Part shown: positions 27,590 through 38,596 of the stretch, one piece after another
How positions within the stretch are numbered: the first letter of the stretch is position 1
Layout of the letters: each line of letters starts with the position of its first letter
DNA from: Candidatus Bathyarchaeota archaeon
GTDB taxonomy: Archaea; Thermoproteota; Bathyarchaeia; Bathyarchaeales; Bathycorpusculaceae
Direction of reading: 5' to 3'
NCBI GenBank assembly: GCA_963832745.1
Contig: CAWHVC010000005.1
Span: forward strand, 96,001-160,000
DNA: 64,000 bases
Position numbers and translations under genes: made by a program
The notes under the pieces: generated by a model
Databases searched by the model: none
What the model was told of the DNA's origin: nothing
What the model saw: the letters and a program-made list of their open reading frames with translations, nothing else

Positions 27590-29500
27590 ATGAGTAATCA
27601 AAAAACAAGTGAAAAAATTTTGGGAATCGATTTGGGAACAACCAACTCAGCAGCCGCTATCTTTGAAGGCGGTCACGCAACGGTCATTCCGAGCGCGGAA
27701 GGCCCAACAATGGCTGGAAAAATGTTCCCGTCAGTAGTAGCTTTCACAAAAGACGGTCAACTTTTGGTAGGTGAACCCGCAAAAAGACAAGCCACCACCA
27801 ACTCAGAAGGAACCTTCTTTGAAATCAAACGCAAAATGGGCAGTGACGCCAAAGTCCAAGCCTACGGCAAAGAATACACGCCACAACAAATCAGCGCGTT
27901 TATACTTCAGAAAATAAAGAAAGACGCGGAAACTTACCTTGGCGGAACAGTTAAAAAAGCAGTTATCACCGTTCCAGCACACTTTAACGATAACCAACGC
28001 CAAGCAACCAAAGACGCAGGCGAAATCGCTGGTCTTGAAGTTATGCGTATCATCAATGAACCCACAGCCGCATGTCTCGCTTACGGCATCGACAAGCTAC
28101 AGCATGAAATGAAAATCTTGGTCTTCAGCTTCGGCGGAGGCACCCACGATGTCACATTAATGGACTTTGGCAAGGGAGTCTTCCAAGTATTAAGCACCAG
28201 TGGTGACACTCAACTTGGCGGAACCGACGTTGACAAAGCAGTCATGACTTACATTCTTGATGAGTTCAAACGTCAAACAGGCGTTGATGTCAGCAGCGAT
28301 AAAATGGCAATGTCAAGGCTAAAAGATGCAGCTGAGAAAGCCAAAATCGAGTTGTCAACGTTGATGAGTACCGACATTGACCTGCCATTCCTAACCGCAG
28401 ACGCCACTGGACCAAAACACCTGCACATGACGCTAACAAGAACCAAACTGGAATCACTTGCACAACCCATCGTTGAAAAAACAAAACCAACCCTCCTAAA
28501 AGCTCTGGAAGACGCAAAACTAACCCCACAACAGGTTGACAAAATCATCCTTATCGGCGGCATGACCAGAATGCCACTTGTGCAACGGTTCGTAGAACAA
28601 ATCTTAGGTAAAGCACCTGAACGCGGAATTGACCCAATGGAAAGCGTTGCCATCGGCGCAGCCATCCAAGGTGGAGTCGTTACAGGCGAAGTCAAAGACT
28701 TACTATTACTCGACGTTACCCCATTAAGCTTGGGCGTTGAAACCATGGGCGGCGTCATGACAAAAGTCATTGACAAAAACACAACCATCCCCACAAAACG
28801 AAGCCAAGTCTTCACAACAGCAGCAGACTTCCAAACAGCAGTCACTATCCATGTCCTTCAAGGTGAACGTGCAATGTCAGCAGACAACGTTTCACTGGGC
28901 ATGTTCAACTTAGTCGACTTGCCACCAGCGCCCCGTGGAGTCCCACAAATCGAAGTTACCTTTGACATTGACGCGAACGGCATCCTTAACGTGACAGCTA
29001 AAGACCGTGGAACTGGAAAAGAATCAAAAATCACCATCACAGCCTCAACTAAACTGAGCGCAGACGAAAAAGAACGCTTAATCAAAGATGCTGAACAATT
29101 CGCAGACCAAGACCGCAAGAAGAAAGAAGAAGCAGAAACCCGCAACACCGCCGACAGCATGGTCTACACTGCTGAACGCACAAAAACAGACCTCGGAGAC
29201 AAACTATCAGCTGACGAAAAAGCAAAGATTGACGCAGCCGTAACAGAACTCAAAAACGCACTCGCAAGCAACGACATGGCACAGGTTAAAGCCAAATCAG
29301 ACGAGCTCCAGAAGGTACTGCAAGAAGTCGGAACCAAAGTTTACCAGCAAGCCGCGGCAGAAGCAGCGAAACAGCAGCAAGCCCAAGGAGGCGCAGCAGG
29401 TCCACAAGGACAAGCCGGATCAACACCGCCACCAACCGGCGAAGCAGGCCCCGACAGTGGCGAGCACGTCGTAGACTCAGACGACTATAAAGTAAAGTAG
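27590..29500 (+). CDS. dnaK: Chaperone DnaK (Hsp70)
   Basis: [61 protein letters not shown]. Confidence 0.98.
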   Translation: MSNQKTSEKILGIDLGTTNSAAAIFEGGHATVIPSAEGPTMAGKMFPSVVAFTKDGQLLVGEPAKRQATTNSEGTFFEIKRKMGSDAKVQAYGKEYTPQQISAFILQKIKKDAETYLGGTVKKAVITVPAHFNDNQRQATKDAGEIAGLEVMRIINEPTAACLAYGIDKLQHEMKILVFSFGGGTHDVTLMDFGKGVFQVLSTSGDTQLGGTDVDKAVMTYILDEFKRQTGVDVSSDKMAMSRLKDAAEKAKIELSTLMSTDIDLPFLTADATGPKHLHMTLTRTKLESLAQPIVEKTKPTLLKALEDAKLTPQQVDKIILIGGMTRMPLVQRFVEQILGKAPERGIDPMESVAIGAAIQGGVVTGEVKDLLLLDVTPLSLGVETMGGVMTKVIDKNTTIPTKRSQVFTTAADFQTAVTIHVLQGERAMSADNVSLGMFNLVDLPPAPRGVPQIEVTFDIDANGILNVTAKDRGTGKESKITITASTKLSADEKERLIKDAEQFADQDRKKKEEAETRNTADSMVYTAERTKTDLGDKLSADEKAKIDAAVTELKNALASNDMAQVKAKSDELQKVLQEVGTKVYQQAAAEAAKQQQAQGGAAGPQGQAGSTPPPTGEAGPDSGEHVVDSDDYKVK

Positions 29501-29520
29501 CACTTGCCTGCAATTCCTAC

Positions 29521-29549
29521 TTTTTCTTTTTTGTTTTTTCGTTTTTTTT
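29521..29549 (+). terminator. Oligo-T terminator after dnaK
   Basis: TTTTTCTTTTTTGTTTTTTCGTTTTTTTT. Confidence 0.6.
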
Positions 29550-30200
29550 ATCCCTCTCGGATTTCTTTTAGCACTTGTTGTTTTAGTGCTAGACTAATCT
29601 GTTTTATTTGATTTTCTTCAAATCTTTCTTGACCTACGATGGTTGCGTTTGGGCTGGCTTGTGCTTCTCTTGTCAAAATTTCTTCAGGGTTTAATCCCAT
29701 TGCTCTTGCGATTTCTTTTAGTGTATCGATTTTGCTACATCGGGTTTTTGGTTGTATACTTAAGCCTGAAGCAGCGTATATGCCTCTTAAGTAGTCTATG
29801 CCTTTCATCTGAACGTCATGGTAAGTGCTTACTGTGTAACCCATCATATATTCGATGTAGTCTGTTTGAACGTTTAATGAAGCAAGTTGTGTTCTGAAGA
29901 ACTTTCGGATGTTGTGAACGCAAATATCATATCGTCTTCCAATTGCTTTTTCTGAGATTAAACCGGCTTTTCTGTATAGATTTCTAACGATAAGGTAGAT
30001 TGCGCTGTTTGTTACTGGGAGTGGTTTTCGGTGATGTATGTGCCTTATTAGTGGTGATTCGTCATGGATGTTTTCTGGCGGGATTTTTCCTGAGCCTTTC
30101 CGTCTTAAATCAAGATAAAGACGTAAGTTGTCTACTGCTTCTTGTCCAAGAAAGGTGTCGTAGTCGTGGTATTTGCCTTTGGTAATTTCAGCTTCAATTG
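29548..30200 (-). pseudogene. 5'-truncated tyrosine recombinase/integrase (catalytic C-terminal half)
   Basis: Frame of ORF 29548-29847 stays open to 30216: ITKGKYHDYDTFLG, ESPLIR, VHNIRKFFRT (HxxR), EYMMGY, STYH; no start codon and no first catalytic Arg box. Confidence 0.88.
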
Positions 30201-30389
30201 CAGAGCTATAAGGATGCTACTCTGCAGATGTATCAGGAAATTTTTTTGGGAAAACAATTAAGCTTGAGATTGAAGTAATGGCAGAACAGGGAATACCTTA
30301 ATTTTATCCTAAAAAGAATTTTATGCATTTAACAAGCAAAGTAGAGCTATAGCTACTCTAATATCCTACATAGTATTTGCTATAAAATC

Positions 30390-30725
30390 ATGCGTTGCCT
30401 AAAGATTGAAGATAAGTGGGTTAACTTGATTCTTAATGGAACAAAAACCTGGGAAATCAGACGCCAAAACACAAAGATAAGAGAGCTAATTGCTCTGGGA
30501 AATACTAAAACAAAATGCTGTGTAGGTTACGCCAAAATTGTTGACTCAGTTGAAATGACGATTGAAGAATTGAAAAAACACAATGATAAGCATCAAGCTA
30601 ATGACCTCATAGATAATTATGCATTGAAAAGGAATACATTGTTTGCGTGGGAATTAAAAGAGATAAAAATTAAGGAAAAGCCTAAACCCTATTCGTACTC
30701 AACAGGTATTTGGTGCAAAATTTAA
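30390..30725 (+). CDS. ASCH domain protein
   Basis: WVNLILNGTKTWEIR (GxKxxExR), VGYAKIVDS, FAWELKEI. Confidence 0.88.
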   Translation: MRCLKIEDKWVNLILNGTKTWEIRRQNTKIRELIALGNTKTKCCVGYAKIVDSVEMTIEELKKHNDKHQANDLIDNYALKRNTLFAWELKEIKIKEKPKPYSYSTGIWCKI

Positions 30726-30879
30726 ACCATTTTTTCTCAGCCAGGTTAACCACCTAGTTGATAACAGAAATCACAATTTTCCTATTATAACATAATTAAT
30801 AGAAAAACAAACTGACCCTAAAAAGAGGTTCTGTTAATTAATCGTTCATTCTACTTCCTAAAATTACATCATAGGAACT

Positions 30880-32137
30880 GTGAAAAATCTTTTAAGCGAT
30901 AAGCTAGACGTATCCTTTGATTCTATGGTCAACGAGAATATTGACGAAGCAAACAAGAGATTGACTCAACAAATCGAAGATTTCTTTAAGAATAACTTTG
31001 AGCGATTGCCGATTAGTGATAAAGTTGTTATCTCAAAAATTCGAACGCTACCAGTAATTTACGAAACAAATGTCATTAAAAAAATTAGACCTTATTCAGA
31101 ACCTATCTCTAACTTTTTTAATCAAGTCTTAACGGGGAATAACAATAACCAATGCTCTAATTATTTTGAGTTAAAACTCCATTTCCTTAATCAGGCGCTC
31201 AAGGAGCTTTGGGTTATCGAAGCGCGTAAGGGGGAGACTTTTGAACCTTTTAAAAATTTTGAGTTATTCGAAAAGTCCTGTTGCAATCTAACCCCGAATA
31301 TAGGAGTCAGTACATACACCAATTCGACGTTTTCTTGTTAGGCTATTATATCGTTAACAACATTTTACAACATGAAGAAACAGAAGTGGCAAAAATAATA
31401 AAACTCTATATAGAAAGGAAACCAAACCGCACTTGGATGTTGGCTTCGACATTTCATGATATTGGATACCCTATAGAAAAAATCGATAATTGGTTCTCAG
31501 CCTTCCTAAGTAATTTTTTAAGACAGCAAACAGCTTACCCTATAGAAATAGAAGAGATTCTTTCCTCTATCTTTTTTGATTACCTAAACTTTCTTTCTGA
31601 AGAACATTATAACTTAACAAAAGAATCAATTGCTGTTTCAGGTACGTGCTACCTTAGAGATTGGAAGTTTCACAATATCCTGCTTAACAATTTAAAACTA
31701 AAAAAGGACCATAGAATCGTTAGCTCTCTTCGCCTAATACACAGTTTATTTACACAGGAGAATATACGGAATTTTAACCAATGGTTCTTTGATATTTTTG
31801 AACCAGACATTATTCCTGCCTGCCAAGCTATTTCAATTCATAACTTAAAAATCGATTATGAGGTGATTAGTCTTCGCCAGTCGCCCTTCGCATTTTTATT
31901 GGTTCTTTGTGACAGTGTTCAGGATTGGGATCGCTCTGTTTCTCAACAAGACCCCAGTGAGTTGGTAGATATAGAGTTGCGCTTCTCAGAGACTACACCA
32001 ACTCTACTGATTAGCCTGAAAATACATTCGGCAAAAAACCCCAAGACCTTGATTCACTTACAAAAAGACTCAGTTCAGATAAACTAATGAATATTTTAAT
32101 CATCGAAGAAGGAACTGACAATCAATGGTCAATTTAA
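30880..32137 (+). CDS. HD-superfamily metal-dependent phosphohydrolase, split by homopolymer frameshifts
   Basis: Fragments 30880-31341 and 31281-32087: YIHQFDVFLLGY, WMLASTFHDIGYP, AISIHN, LLVLCDSVQDWDR; shifted frames run on to TAA at 32135-32137. Confidence 0.75.
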
Positions 32138-32890
32138 GAAGTAGACTCACGCTTGATTATATCAGTAGCAAACCTCTGTAGTAAATGAATCCTGTTCGCA
32201 TTTCCTCTAGATCAAGAATTTTTTTGTACCTTGAAAGCTGCGATTATACTATTGTCTTGTTTAACTATATCACTTGCTACTGTTTCTCTGAATAAGTGTG
32301 GCCATATTGTTTGACTTGTGCTGCTCACTATGCAGAATATAGATCGGTCGCTTAGATGGCTGTCGGGATTTATTCTATAATAGCCAAAGTTACTTTTTCC
32401 AGAGGGCAGCCAGAACTTAGGCGGAGGACTTAGCTTATGTAGATACTCAAGGAAGCTCAGAACATTTTGAGTTAGAGGATCAGAAATTGGAAAAGCCTTA
32501 AGAGATTTTGATGTCTTAGTGGAAAAAGAAACCGGAACAGCGGAGAGACAGATACCGCATTTTTTGCAGAAAAGAGCGCTCTTGGCGTTTTTGATCTCTC
32601 ATCTTGGACATTTTTTATGTCTTCGTTTCTTTTTTTCCCAGTGTAAACGTAACTTTTAGAAAATCGTCTTTTACTTCGAAGTTGTCTAAAGGTATCCATG
32701 AAATCTCTGCCCTGCGTTTCCCACATAGCCTTAAAAGAGAAAGAACAGCAGTTGCACGTAAGCAAAAATATTCATCTTTAAAAGAATTGGCCTTAGCGAG
32801 GGCTAACTCAAATTCTTGGTCATCGATCACTGTTTCTCTGTTTTCTCTAAACTCATTATTTCTAACACGAGTTATCGTTAAGACCTCCAT
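32134..32890 (-). pseudogene. Second tyrosine recombinase, frameshifted
   Basis: LSLLRLCGKRRAEI (Arg box I) in 32615-32890; downstream minus-strand frames give IWPHLFRETVAS (HxxR) and RTGFIY. Confidence 0.8.
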
Positions 32891-33068
32891 GAAAAAAATA
32901 ATTTCTTAATTATTGTTAGAAAAAAGTGGGTGTAAAAAGTATGAATTGTTGTCTGGCGAGAGCATACTATAAAGTTAAATAAAACAGGCTAACATAGCCA
33001 ACTTTTCTTTTTTTGATTTTCTTGTATTTGTTAATTCTGGCAAAATAAAGGGAATTTATCAAAAACAA

Positions 33069-33860
33069 TCAGGTTTTTGAGGCGTAAAATGAGAGCAGCG
33101 CCAACGGAATAACTATTAGGTAGGCAAGCAGGGTTCCAGGCCATATTCCCGCTGCGGGATACAGGTAATGTACAGCTACGCTGTAGGGGATAACCGTTAG
33201 AATGCCAGTGATAGCGAGGGGTTTGCTTATTGAACGAGTATATTCTGTACCTTTACTGTGCTGAAGGATAATCAGTGTTGAAGTAAAGACTGCAGGGAAA
33301 GCTGCGGCAACTCCACCCAAGACAGGTCCACCAATCTGGCTGAGGAGAACAGAAACTGCAACAAGAGTGCCAGCACCTAAACCACGCAAAACAACTGCAG
33401 AGGTTCGATAAAGCGTTTTTTCACCTTCAAATCGAACTAATTTAAGCTTTTTTGAAAATAGATAAAAAGTTATTACTGAAATGGCGGCTCCACCAATAAC
33501 GGCAACTATGTAGTCTGTAATCCCTGACAGAACTATCAATGTTGAGGCAATAAACCAAATTAGAAGTGAAACAGTTAAGCCAACTTTGAAGCCTTTCTTT
33601 GCAAAAAAAGCGTAAAAGAACAGGTAAGCGTTTGTAAGGGCAAAGGCTAATGGAAAAACTGTGGTGGCGTTGACTGCTGCGTCTGTGGACTGGTTTATGG
33701 CTATAAAGAGAAATGAAAACGCTGCTGTTGAAGGGAAACCGCCAAGGATTCCGCCAATTACTGCACCTTTCTTTTCGGCTATGATTGTTGTTGCTGTAAC
33801 CCATAGGCTACCTACAACAAATGCCAAAACAAGGCGGATAAGCACAAGCGTTTCAAGCAT
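33069..33860 (-). CDS. Membrane protein with internal duplication (DUF3147-like)
   Basis: Two similar halves: GAVIGGILGGFPST and GPVLGGVAAAFPAV. Confidence 0.75.
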   Translation of the reverse strand: MLETLVLIRLVLAFVVGSLWVTATTIIAEKKGAVIGGILGGFPSTAAFSFLFIAINQSTDAAVNATTVFPLAFALTNAYLFFYAFFAKKGFKVGLTVSLLIWFIASTLIVLSGITDYIVAVIGGAAISVITFYLFSKKLKLVRFEGEKTLYRTSAVVLRGLGAGTLVAVSVLLSQIGGPVLGGVAAAFPAVFTSTLIILQHSKGTEYTRSISKPLAITGILTVIPYSVAVHYLYPAAGIWPGTLLAYLIVIPLALLSFYASKT

Positions 33861-33921
33861 AAAGGGGTTTACAGGCTATTATTACGTTATTAATCTTTAG
33901 AGCATTAACGGTAAACGCGGG

Positions 33922-34623
33922 TTAAAATTTTAGGGAACGCTTTTTTGAAAAGATTATAGTGGAAACTGAAGTGACAAAGAGTGTACCAAGCAAAATAAAA
34001 TTTTCCAAGGTTACCCATTGCATATTTTGATACATGGCCAAGGCTACGGCAAATAGAACATAGAAAGTTACAAGTCCAAGGATGAATCTGAGGATGGAGG
34101 TTGCTTTTTGATATGGCTGAGTTCTTGTTTTAACAAATTTTATTGACGCTTTAACCAGTTTAGAGGTGTCAGGAAGGTCATCAAGAATAAGAGTAAAACC
34201 ACATAAAATAAGAAATCGCGCGGCATTTACAGGCAGACTTGAATTTTCAACCAAAAAAAGTGTCCAAAGCGACACACTGGTAAAAGCGACTGCAAATAAT
34301 ACACCTAAAACCAGAACCAACAAGCCATAAAAATAGTGATGAAAAAACAATCGCCCAGTTTTCAAGTTACGACCCAAACGAGCACTGGGAACAAAATTGA
34401 ATTTAGCCGTCAAAATAACCAACCAAAAAATGTTACCGTTAACAATAAAGGGATAGAATGGCTGCCAACCTCTAAAGAACCAGTAAAATCCGCCTAAAAT
34501 GCCCAAGGCGTAACTTATCGTCAACAATGCATTAAAAATTAACGAAAGGCTGAAGAGCTTTTTGGCAAGAATTTTATGTTTGGGCGCGTTTGCTCGGGTA
34601 TCTTTTTGGCTTACCATTAGCAA
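33922..34623 (-). CDS. Hypothetical membrane protein
   Basis: About 6 TM helices with FFHHYFYG and LILDDLPD potential metal ligands. Confidence 0.75.
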   Translation of the reverse strand: MLMVSQKDTRANAPKHKILAKKLFSLSLIFNALLTISYALGILGGFYWFFRGWQPFYPFIVNGNIFWLVILTAKFNFVPSARLGRNLKTGRLFFHHYFYGLLVLVLGVLFAVAFTSVSLWTLFLVENSSLPVNAARFLILCGFTLILDDLPDTSKLVKASIKFVKTRTQPYQKATSILRFILGLVTFYVLFAVALAMYQNMQWVTLENFILLGTLFVTSVSTIIFSKKRSLKF

Positions 34624-34834
34624 ACCTTTTTTGATTTAAAAGCCGCAATAAAAAGAAACATATGAATATATTAGGAAATGTTGTTGTCAATGATTTGCAG
34701 CAAATTACGATTAACCTCAAAATTTCAAAAATAATAACTAAAAAACACTTCTAAACTAAGGAAATGGTATAAATCTGAGTCCGTTGCTAGCATTAAGGTT
34801 CACATTAATCACTTAGTTAACGGTAAGACCAAAG

Positions 34835-35953
34835 ATGGCTCAGAAAAGAGACTATTATGAAGTTTTAGGCGTTCAGAAAAACGCAACAAAAGACCAAATC
34901 AAAGATTCCTACCGCAAACTCGCGATGCAGTATCATCCAGACCGCAACAAAGATGCAGGCGCAGAAGACAAATTTAAAGAAATCAGCGAAGCCTACGCAG
35001 TACTCAGCGACGACCAGAAACGGGCACAATACGACAACCTTGGCCACGCAGGCTTTGACCAACAATACACAAGCGAAGATATTTTCCGGGGAGCCGATTT
35101 TGACTCTGTCTTCCGTGACATGGGTTTCGGCGACTTGTTCCGTACAATTTTCGGAGGCGGCAGTTTCGGCGGCGGTTATGAGCAAACAAGCCGCGGTCAA
35201 GATTTAGGTTACGATTTACAAATCACCCTTGAAGAAGCTGCAAAAGGTGTAGAAAAAGAAATTCAGATTCCAAGAACTGAAAGATGCGATGTCTGCGGAG
35301 GTTCAGGCGCTAAACCAGGCACCAACGTGACGGTTTGTCCAAGATGCAACGGCGCGGGTAGAGTTCAAAACATGCATAAAAGCGCTTTCGGAATGTTTGT
35401 CCAAGTCGTAGCTTGTCCACAATGCAGAGGCAAAGGAAAACTGATTGAAACCCCCTGTAGCAACTGCAACGGTTCAGGACTTGTACGTAAAAAACGCAAA
35501 ATCACAGTTAAAATCCCCATGGGCATTGACGACGGCTACCAACTGCGGCTTCGCGGTGAAGGTGAAATGGCAGCGAACGACGGCGAACCAGGCGACTTAT
35601 ACGTTATAGTTCACGTGTTGCCCAGTCAACTGTTTGTACGCGATGGCGATGACTTGTACCTTGTAGAAATGATAACGTTCCCTCAGGCGACTCTGGGTGC
35701 AGATATTTCAGTGCCAACTTTGGAGGGACCAACAGTAATTAAGGTTCATGCTGGAACTCAGCCGGGTGAAGTTATTCGTGTTAAAGGTAAGGGCATGCCA
35801 CGTATGCGAGGCTATGGTAAAGGTGACTTGCTAGTAAGGATTGGAGTTGTTGTTCCTGAGAAACTTACAATTCAGCAACGTGCTTTGATTGAGGAGTTAG
35901 CTAAAGAGTTCGGCTCTGACGTTTCTTCAAAGAAAAGCAAATTCCACTTTTAA
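34835..35953 (+). CDS. dnaJ: Chaperone DnaJ
   Basis: J domain with HPD, G/F region, four CxxCxGxG repeats. Confidence 0.98.
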   Translation: MAQKRDYYEVLGVQKNATKDQIKDSYRKLAMQYHPDRNKDAGAEDKFKEISEAYAVLSDDQKRAQYDNLGHAGFDQQYTSEDIFRGADFDSVFRDMGFGDLFRTIFGGGSFGGGYEQTSRGQDLGYDLQITLEEAAKGVEKEIQIPRTERCDVCGGSGAKPGTNVTVCPRCNGAGRVQNMHKSAFGMFVQVVACPQCRGKGKLIETPCSNCNGSGLVRKKRKITVKIPMGIDDGYQLRLRGEGEMAANDGEPGDLYVIVHVLPSQLFVRDGDDLYLVEMITFPQATLGADISVPTLEGPTVIKVHAGTQPGEVIRVKGKGMPRMRGYGKGDLLVRIGVVVPEKLTIQQRALIEELAKEFGSDVSSKKSKFHF

Positions 35954-36231
35954 CTTTTCTTTTTTCATTAGTTTTTGCGGATTTTTACAATTGCCCAAAC
36001 ATCGCTTTTTCTGTACTGGTTTTGTCTGTTTTAACGTTGAGATGGCAAAGATTTTGGAGAAATTAATAAACGGACAGTTGCTGAAGTTACTTTAGAAGAG
36101 GAATATTGCTACACTGCAAAAAAGAGCCCCAATATAAAAGTTCTAAGGCAGTCAAGCAACAGCATGTTGAGCCGGCGAGTTAATGGCAAAGTTTTTAACT
36201 AAATTTTGGTAATCAATTTTGAGAGAAAAGT

Positions 36232-36600
36232 ATGGTTAACTTAGATTCAGCACTATTAAGTCTCATTGTGAGCATCGTCGTATCTATCATTGTGATTGCA
36301 CCGTCGCTGTGGATTTCAGGCAGAATACTCGTCGGCAAACAAAAAGCAAAATTCACTGATGCAATATGGATTGTCGTACTTGGAACCGTAATCAGCTCAA
36401 TCTTTAGCTACTTCTTCGAAGGAATAATTGCTTCTCTGATCATGCTGGTAATCAGTTTAGGGTTAGTGAAGCACTTCTTTGACTGTGGATGGCTAAAAGC
36501 GTTATTAATTAGCATCATAGCGGCAATAATATTCATCGTAATCGCAGCGGTACTGGCAATAATCGGCATAGGCATCGGCTTTACATTCTTAGGAATATAA
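36232..36600 (+). CDS. Small membrane protein
   Basis: 122 aa, about 4 TM helices, KHFFDCGWLKA. Confidence 0.75.
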   Translation: MVNLDSALLSLIVSIVVSIIVIAPSLWISGRILVGKQKAKFTDAIWIVVLGTVISSIFSYFFEGIIASLIMLVISLGLVKHFFDCGWLKALLISIIAAIIFIVIAAVLAIIGIGIGFTFLGI

Positions 36601-36641
36601 AACCTAAAAGCCCTAACTTTTTTAGTAAACAGCATTGTAGC

Positions 36642-37463
36642 TTATTTTATTAAATGCTGAATCTCAGTCCAAGTTTGACCACTGGACCAAGTTACTGAAA
36701 AATAATGCGTCATTGTATCCAGCAAACCATTGTAGTTTGAAAAAATCAGGGGCTCCGTTCCTAAAAGTTTCTTTTCAGAAGAAGTGCTAACCAAAATTGT
36801 TTCGTCATCTATTATTACAAAGTTTCCGCAGGTTTTTGGAATAAGTCTAACCTGAAATAAAGGTGTTGAAAACACTTTTTTGCTCAGAAAACGTTGAGCT
36901 TGCAGATTGTCATCAGGATATTCAACAATTTGTTTAATGGTTACACCTTTAGCCATTGCCTTTGAGCATATTTCGGAATAATGTTCCCAAAATTGTAAGA
37001 AACGAGGCCACCTGTGCATCAGATAAATTGTTTTTCGTGCATTTTCAGAACTGAATAGAATTTTTTTATGAATTCGAAAATAGTTCGTCAACAGAAGCAT
37101 TTCTTGTTTTTTTTCCGAGTGCAGTTCAGGTCTTGAAGCGTCTTCAATGGCTTTAGCGGTGGCTTGTATTTTTTCTATTTCCTGATGTTTCTGCTGGATA
37201 ACCATTTCCAATGCATCTTTTAACGGCAGAGGAGTGAAAGATCCATCGACAAGATTTCTTTCTACTAAACCAGTGGTTTCAAGAGAATGTAATATTTGAT
37301 ATAAGTGAGTGCGATGTATTCCAGAGTTCTTGGATATTTGGCTGACCTTAGATGGCCCATTGTAAATTAGAGCCAAATAGACTCTAACTTGTGATGGCGT
37401 CAAATCTAAACTATTAAGCAAACTTTCTTCGTCTAAGGATACCACCAAAGTATTTCGCCTCAA
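36642..37463 (-). CDS. TrmB-family transcriptional regulator
   Basis: LTPSQVRVYLALI...HRTHLYQILHSLETTGLV; FVIIDD...HYFSVTW. Confidence 0.88.
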   Translation of the reverse strand: MRRNTLVVSLDEESLLNSLDLTPSQVRVYLALIYNGPSKVSQISKNSGIHRTHLYQILHSLETTGLVERNLVDGSFTPLPLKDALEMVIQQKHQEIEKIQATAKAIEDASRPELHSEKKQEMLLLTNYFRIHKKILFSSENARKTIYLMHRWPRFLQFWEHYSEICSKAMAKGVTIKQIVEYPDDNLQAQRFLSKKVFSTPLFQVRLIPKTCGNFVIIDDETILVSTSSEKKLLGTEPLIFSNYNGLLDTMTHYFSVTWSSGQTWTEIQHLIK

Positions 37464-37643
37464 GTTTTTTTGTTTTATTAACGTTTATATCTTTTCCCTA
37501 ATTCACCCTAAAAGTTGCTTTTTAAGAAAAAACCTGTTAGTACAGATTGCACATTATACCCTTTTAAATCGGACGTTGGGTAAAAATATTAAAATTAAGC
37601 AGATGGAAAAATCCCGTTTTAATAAAAAGAAGGATAATGCAAC

Positions 37644-38588
37644 ATGCAAATACCATTTAAGAAAACATTAAAGCAGGCTAAATCTAAAGGCATCGCAAAG
37701 ACCATTGCTTTCATTATGGCATTATCCATAACAGAAATCACGAAAAAAATAACAAAACTGCCTGAAGAAAAATTAATAGAAGTAAATAAGTCAGAAATGA
37801 TTGTTTATCCAATCAAAGGAGCCATACACACTGACCTTTTTAGATACAAGAAAAGAGAGCCTTTATGCACCGATTACCTGCTAAATTCAGGTGTCATCAA
37901 AAAAGGAGACATCGTGCTAGATATCGGAGCAAACATTGGATATTACGCTTTGGCAGAAGCTAAAATTGTAGGAGAAACGGGAAAAGTCTACGCCATCGAA
38001 CCAGTATCAAGCAATTTCAAGCTTCTCAAAAAAAACATTAATTTAAATAATTTAACAAACGTAGCCACGTTCCAGTATGCTTTTGGAGATAGAAATTCGA
38101 TGGCAGAAATCTTTGTTTCGAACTTTTCTAACTTGTCCGCTGTTAACAAAAATGCCGCCGGCGGCGAAATCGTTGAAGTGCAACCTGTTAATATGATGAC
38201 AATTGACGAGTTCGTTAAAGACAAGGAAACACCCAAACTGATTCGTATGGATGTTGAAGGCTACGAGTACGAAATTTTAAAAGGCATGCAGAGCACATTG
38301 AAAGAAAATGTAAAAATTCTAATGGAGCTTCACACGGCACCAGGATATTTGTCACCTCAAAAACTTGACGAAGTATACCAAATTATGGAAAACAACAATT
38401 ATAGAGCAAAATTTGTCGTTTTTGAAAACAAAATAAATGAAAGCAAACTCGTAGAGGTTCTGTATAAAAAATCAGGCGAAAGATTACCAATTATTGCGTC
38501 AGACATGTCCATGCAGGAACTCAAGAAACTTGTTATTGACAACCAAGAATTAGCTTGCCCAAACATTTTGTTTGAAAAACAAAATTAA
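37644..38588 (+). CDS. FkbM-family SAM-dependent methyltransferase
   Basis: VLDIGANIGYY, VYAIEP, LIRMDVEGYE. Confidence 0.92.
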   Translation: MQIPFKKTLKQAKSKGIAKTIAFIMALSITEITKKITKLPEEKLIEVNKSEMIVYPIKGAIHTDLFRYKKREPLCTDYLLNSGVIKKGDIVLDIGANIGYYALAEAKIVGETGKVYAIEPVSSNFKLLKKNINLNNLTNVATFQYAFGDRNSMAEIFVSNFSNLSAVNKNAAGGEIVEVQPVNMMTIDEFVKDKETPKLIRMDVEGYEYEILKGMQSTLKENVKILMELHTAPGYLSPQKLDEVYQIMENNNYRAKFVVFENKINESKLVEVLYKKSGERLPIIASDMSMQELKKLVIDNQELACPNILFEKQN

Positions 38589-38596
38589 AAAAAGGG

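Larger units (their letters stand above)
29548..32890. mobile_element. Integrase-bounded island between dnaK and dnaJ
   Basis: Tyrosine-recombinase remnants at both ends, AT-rich ASCH and HD cargo between them. Confidence 0.7.

Noticed and set aside
27803-29513. Long antisense ORFs over dnaK (likewise over acs and the P-type ATPase)
   Set aside because: Shadow frames of conserved genes with biased codon usage
35991-36095. Short frame containing FNVEMAK, identical to 7 residues of the 18110 peptide
   Set aside because: No similarity outside the heptamer, no clear SD, and a few 7-aa matches are expected by chance across six frames of 64 kb
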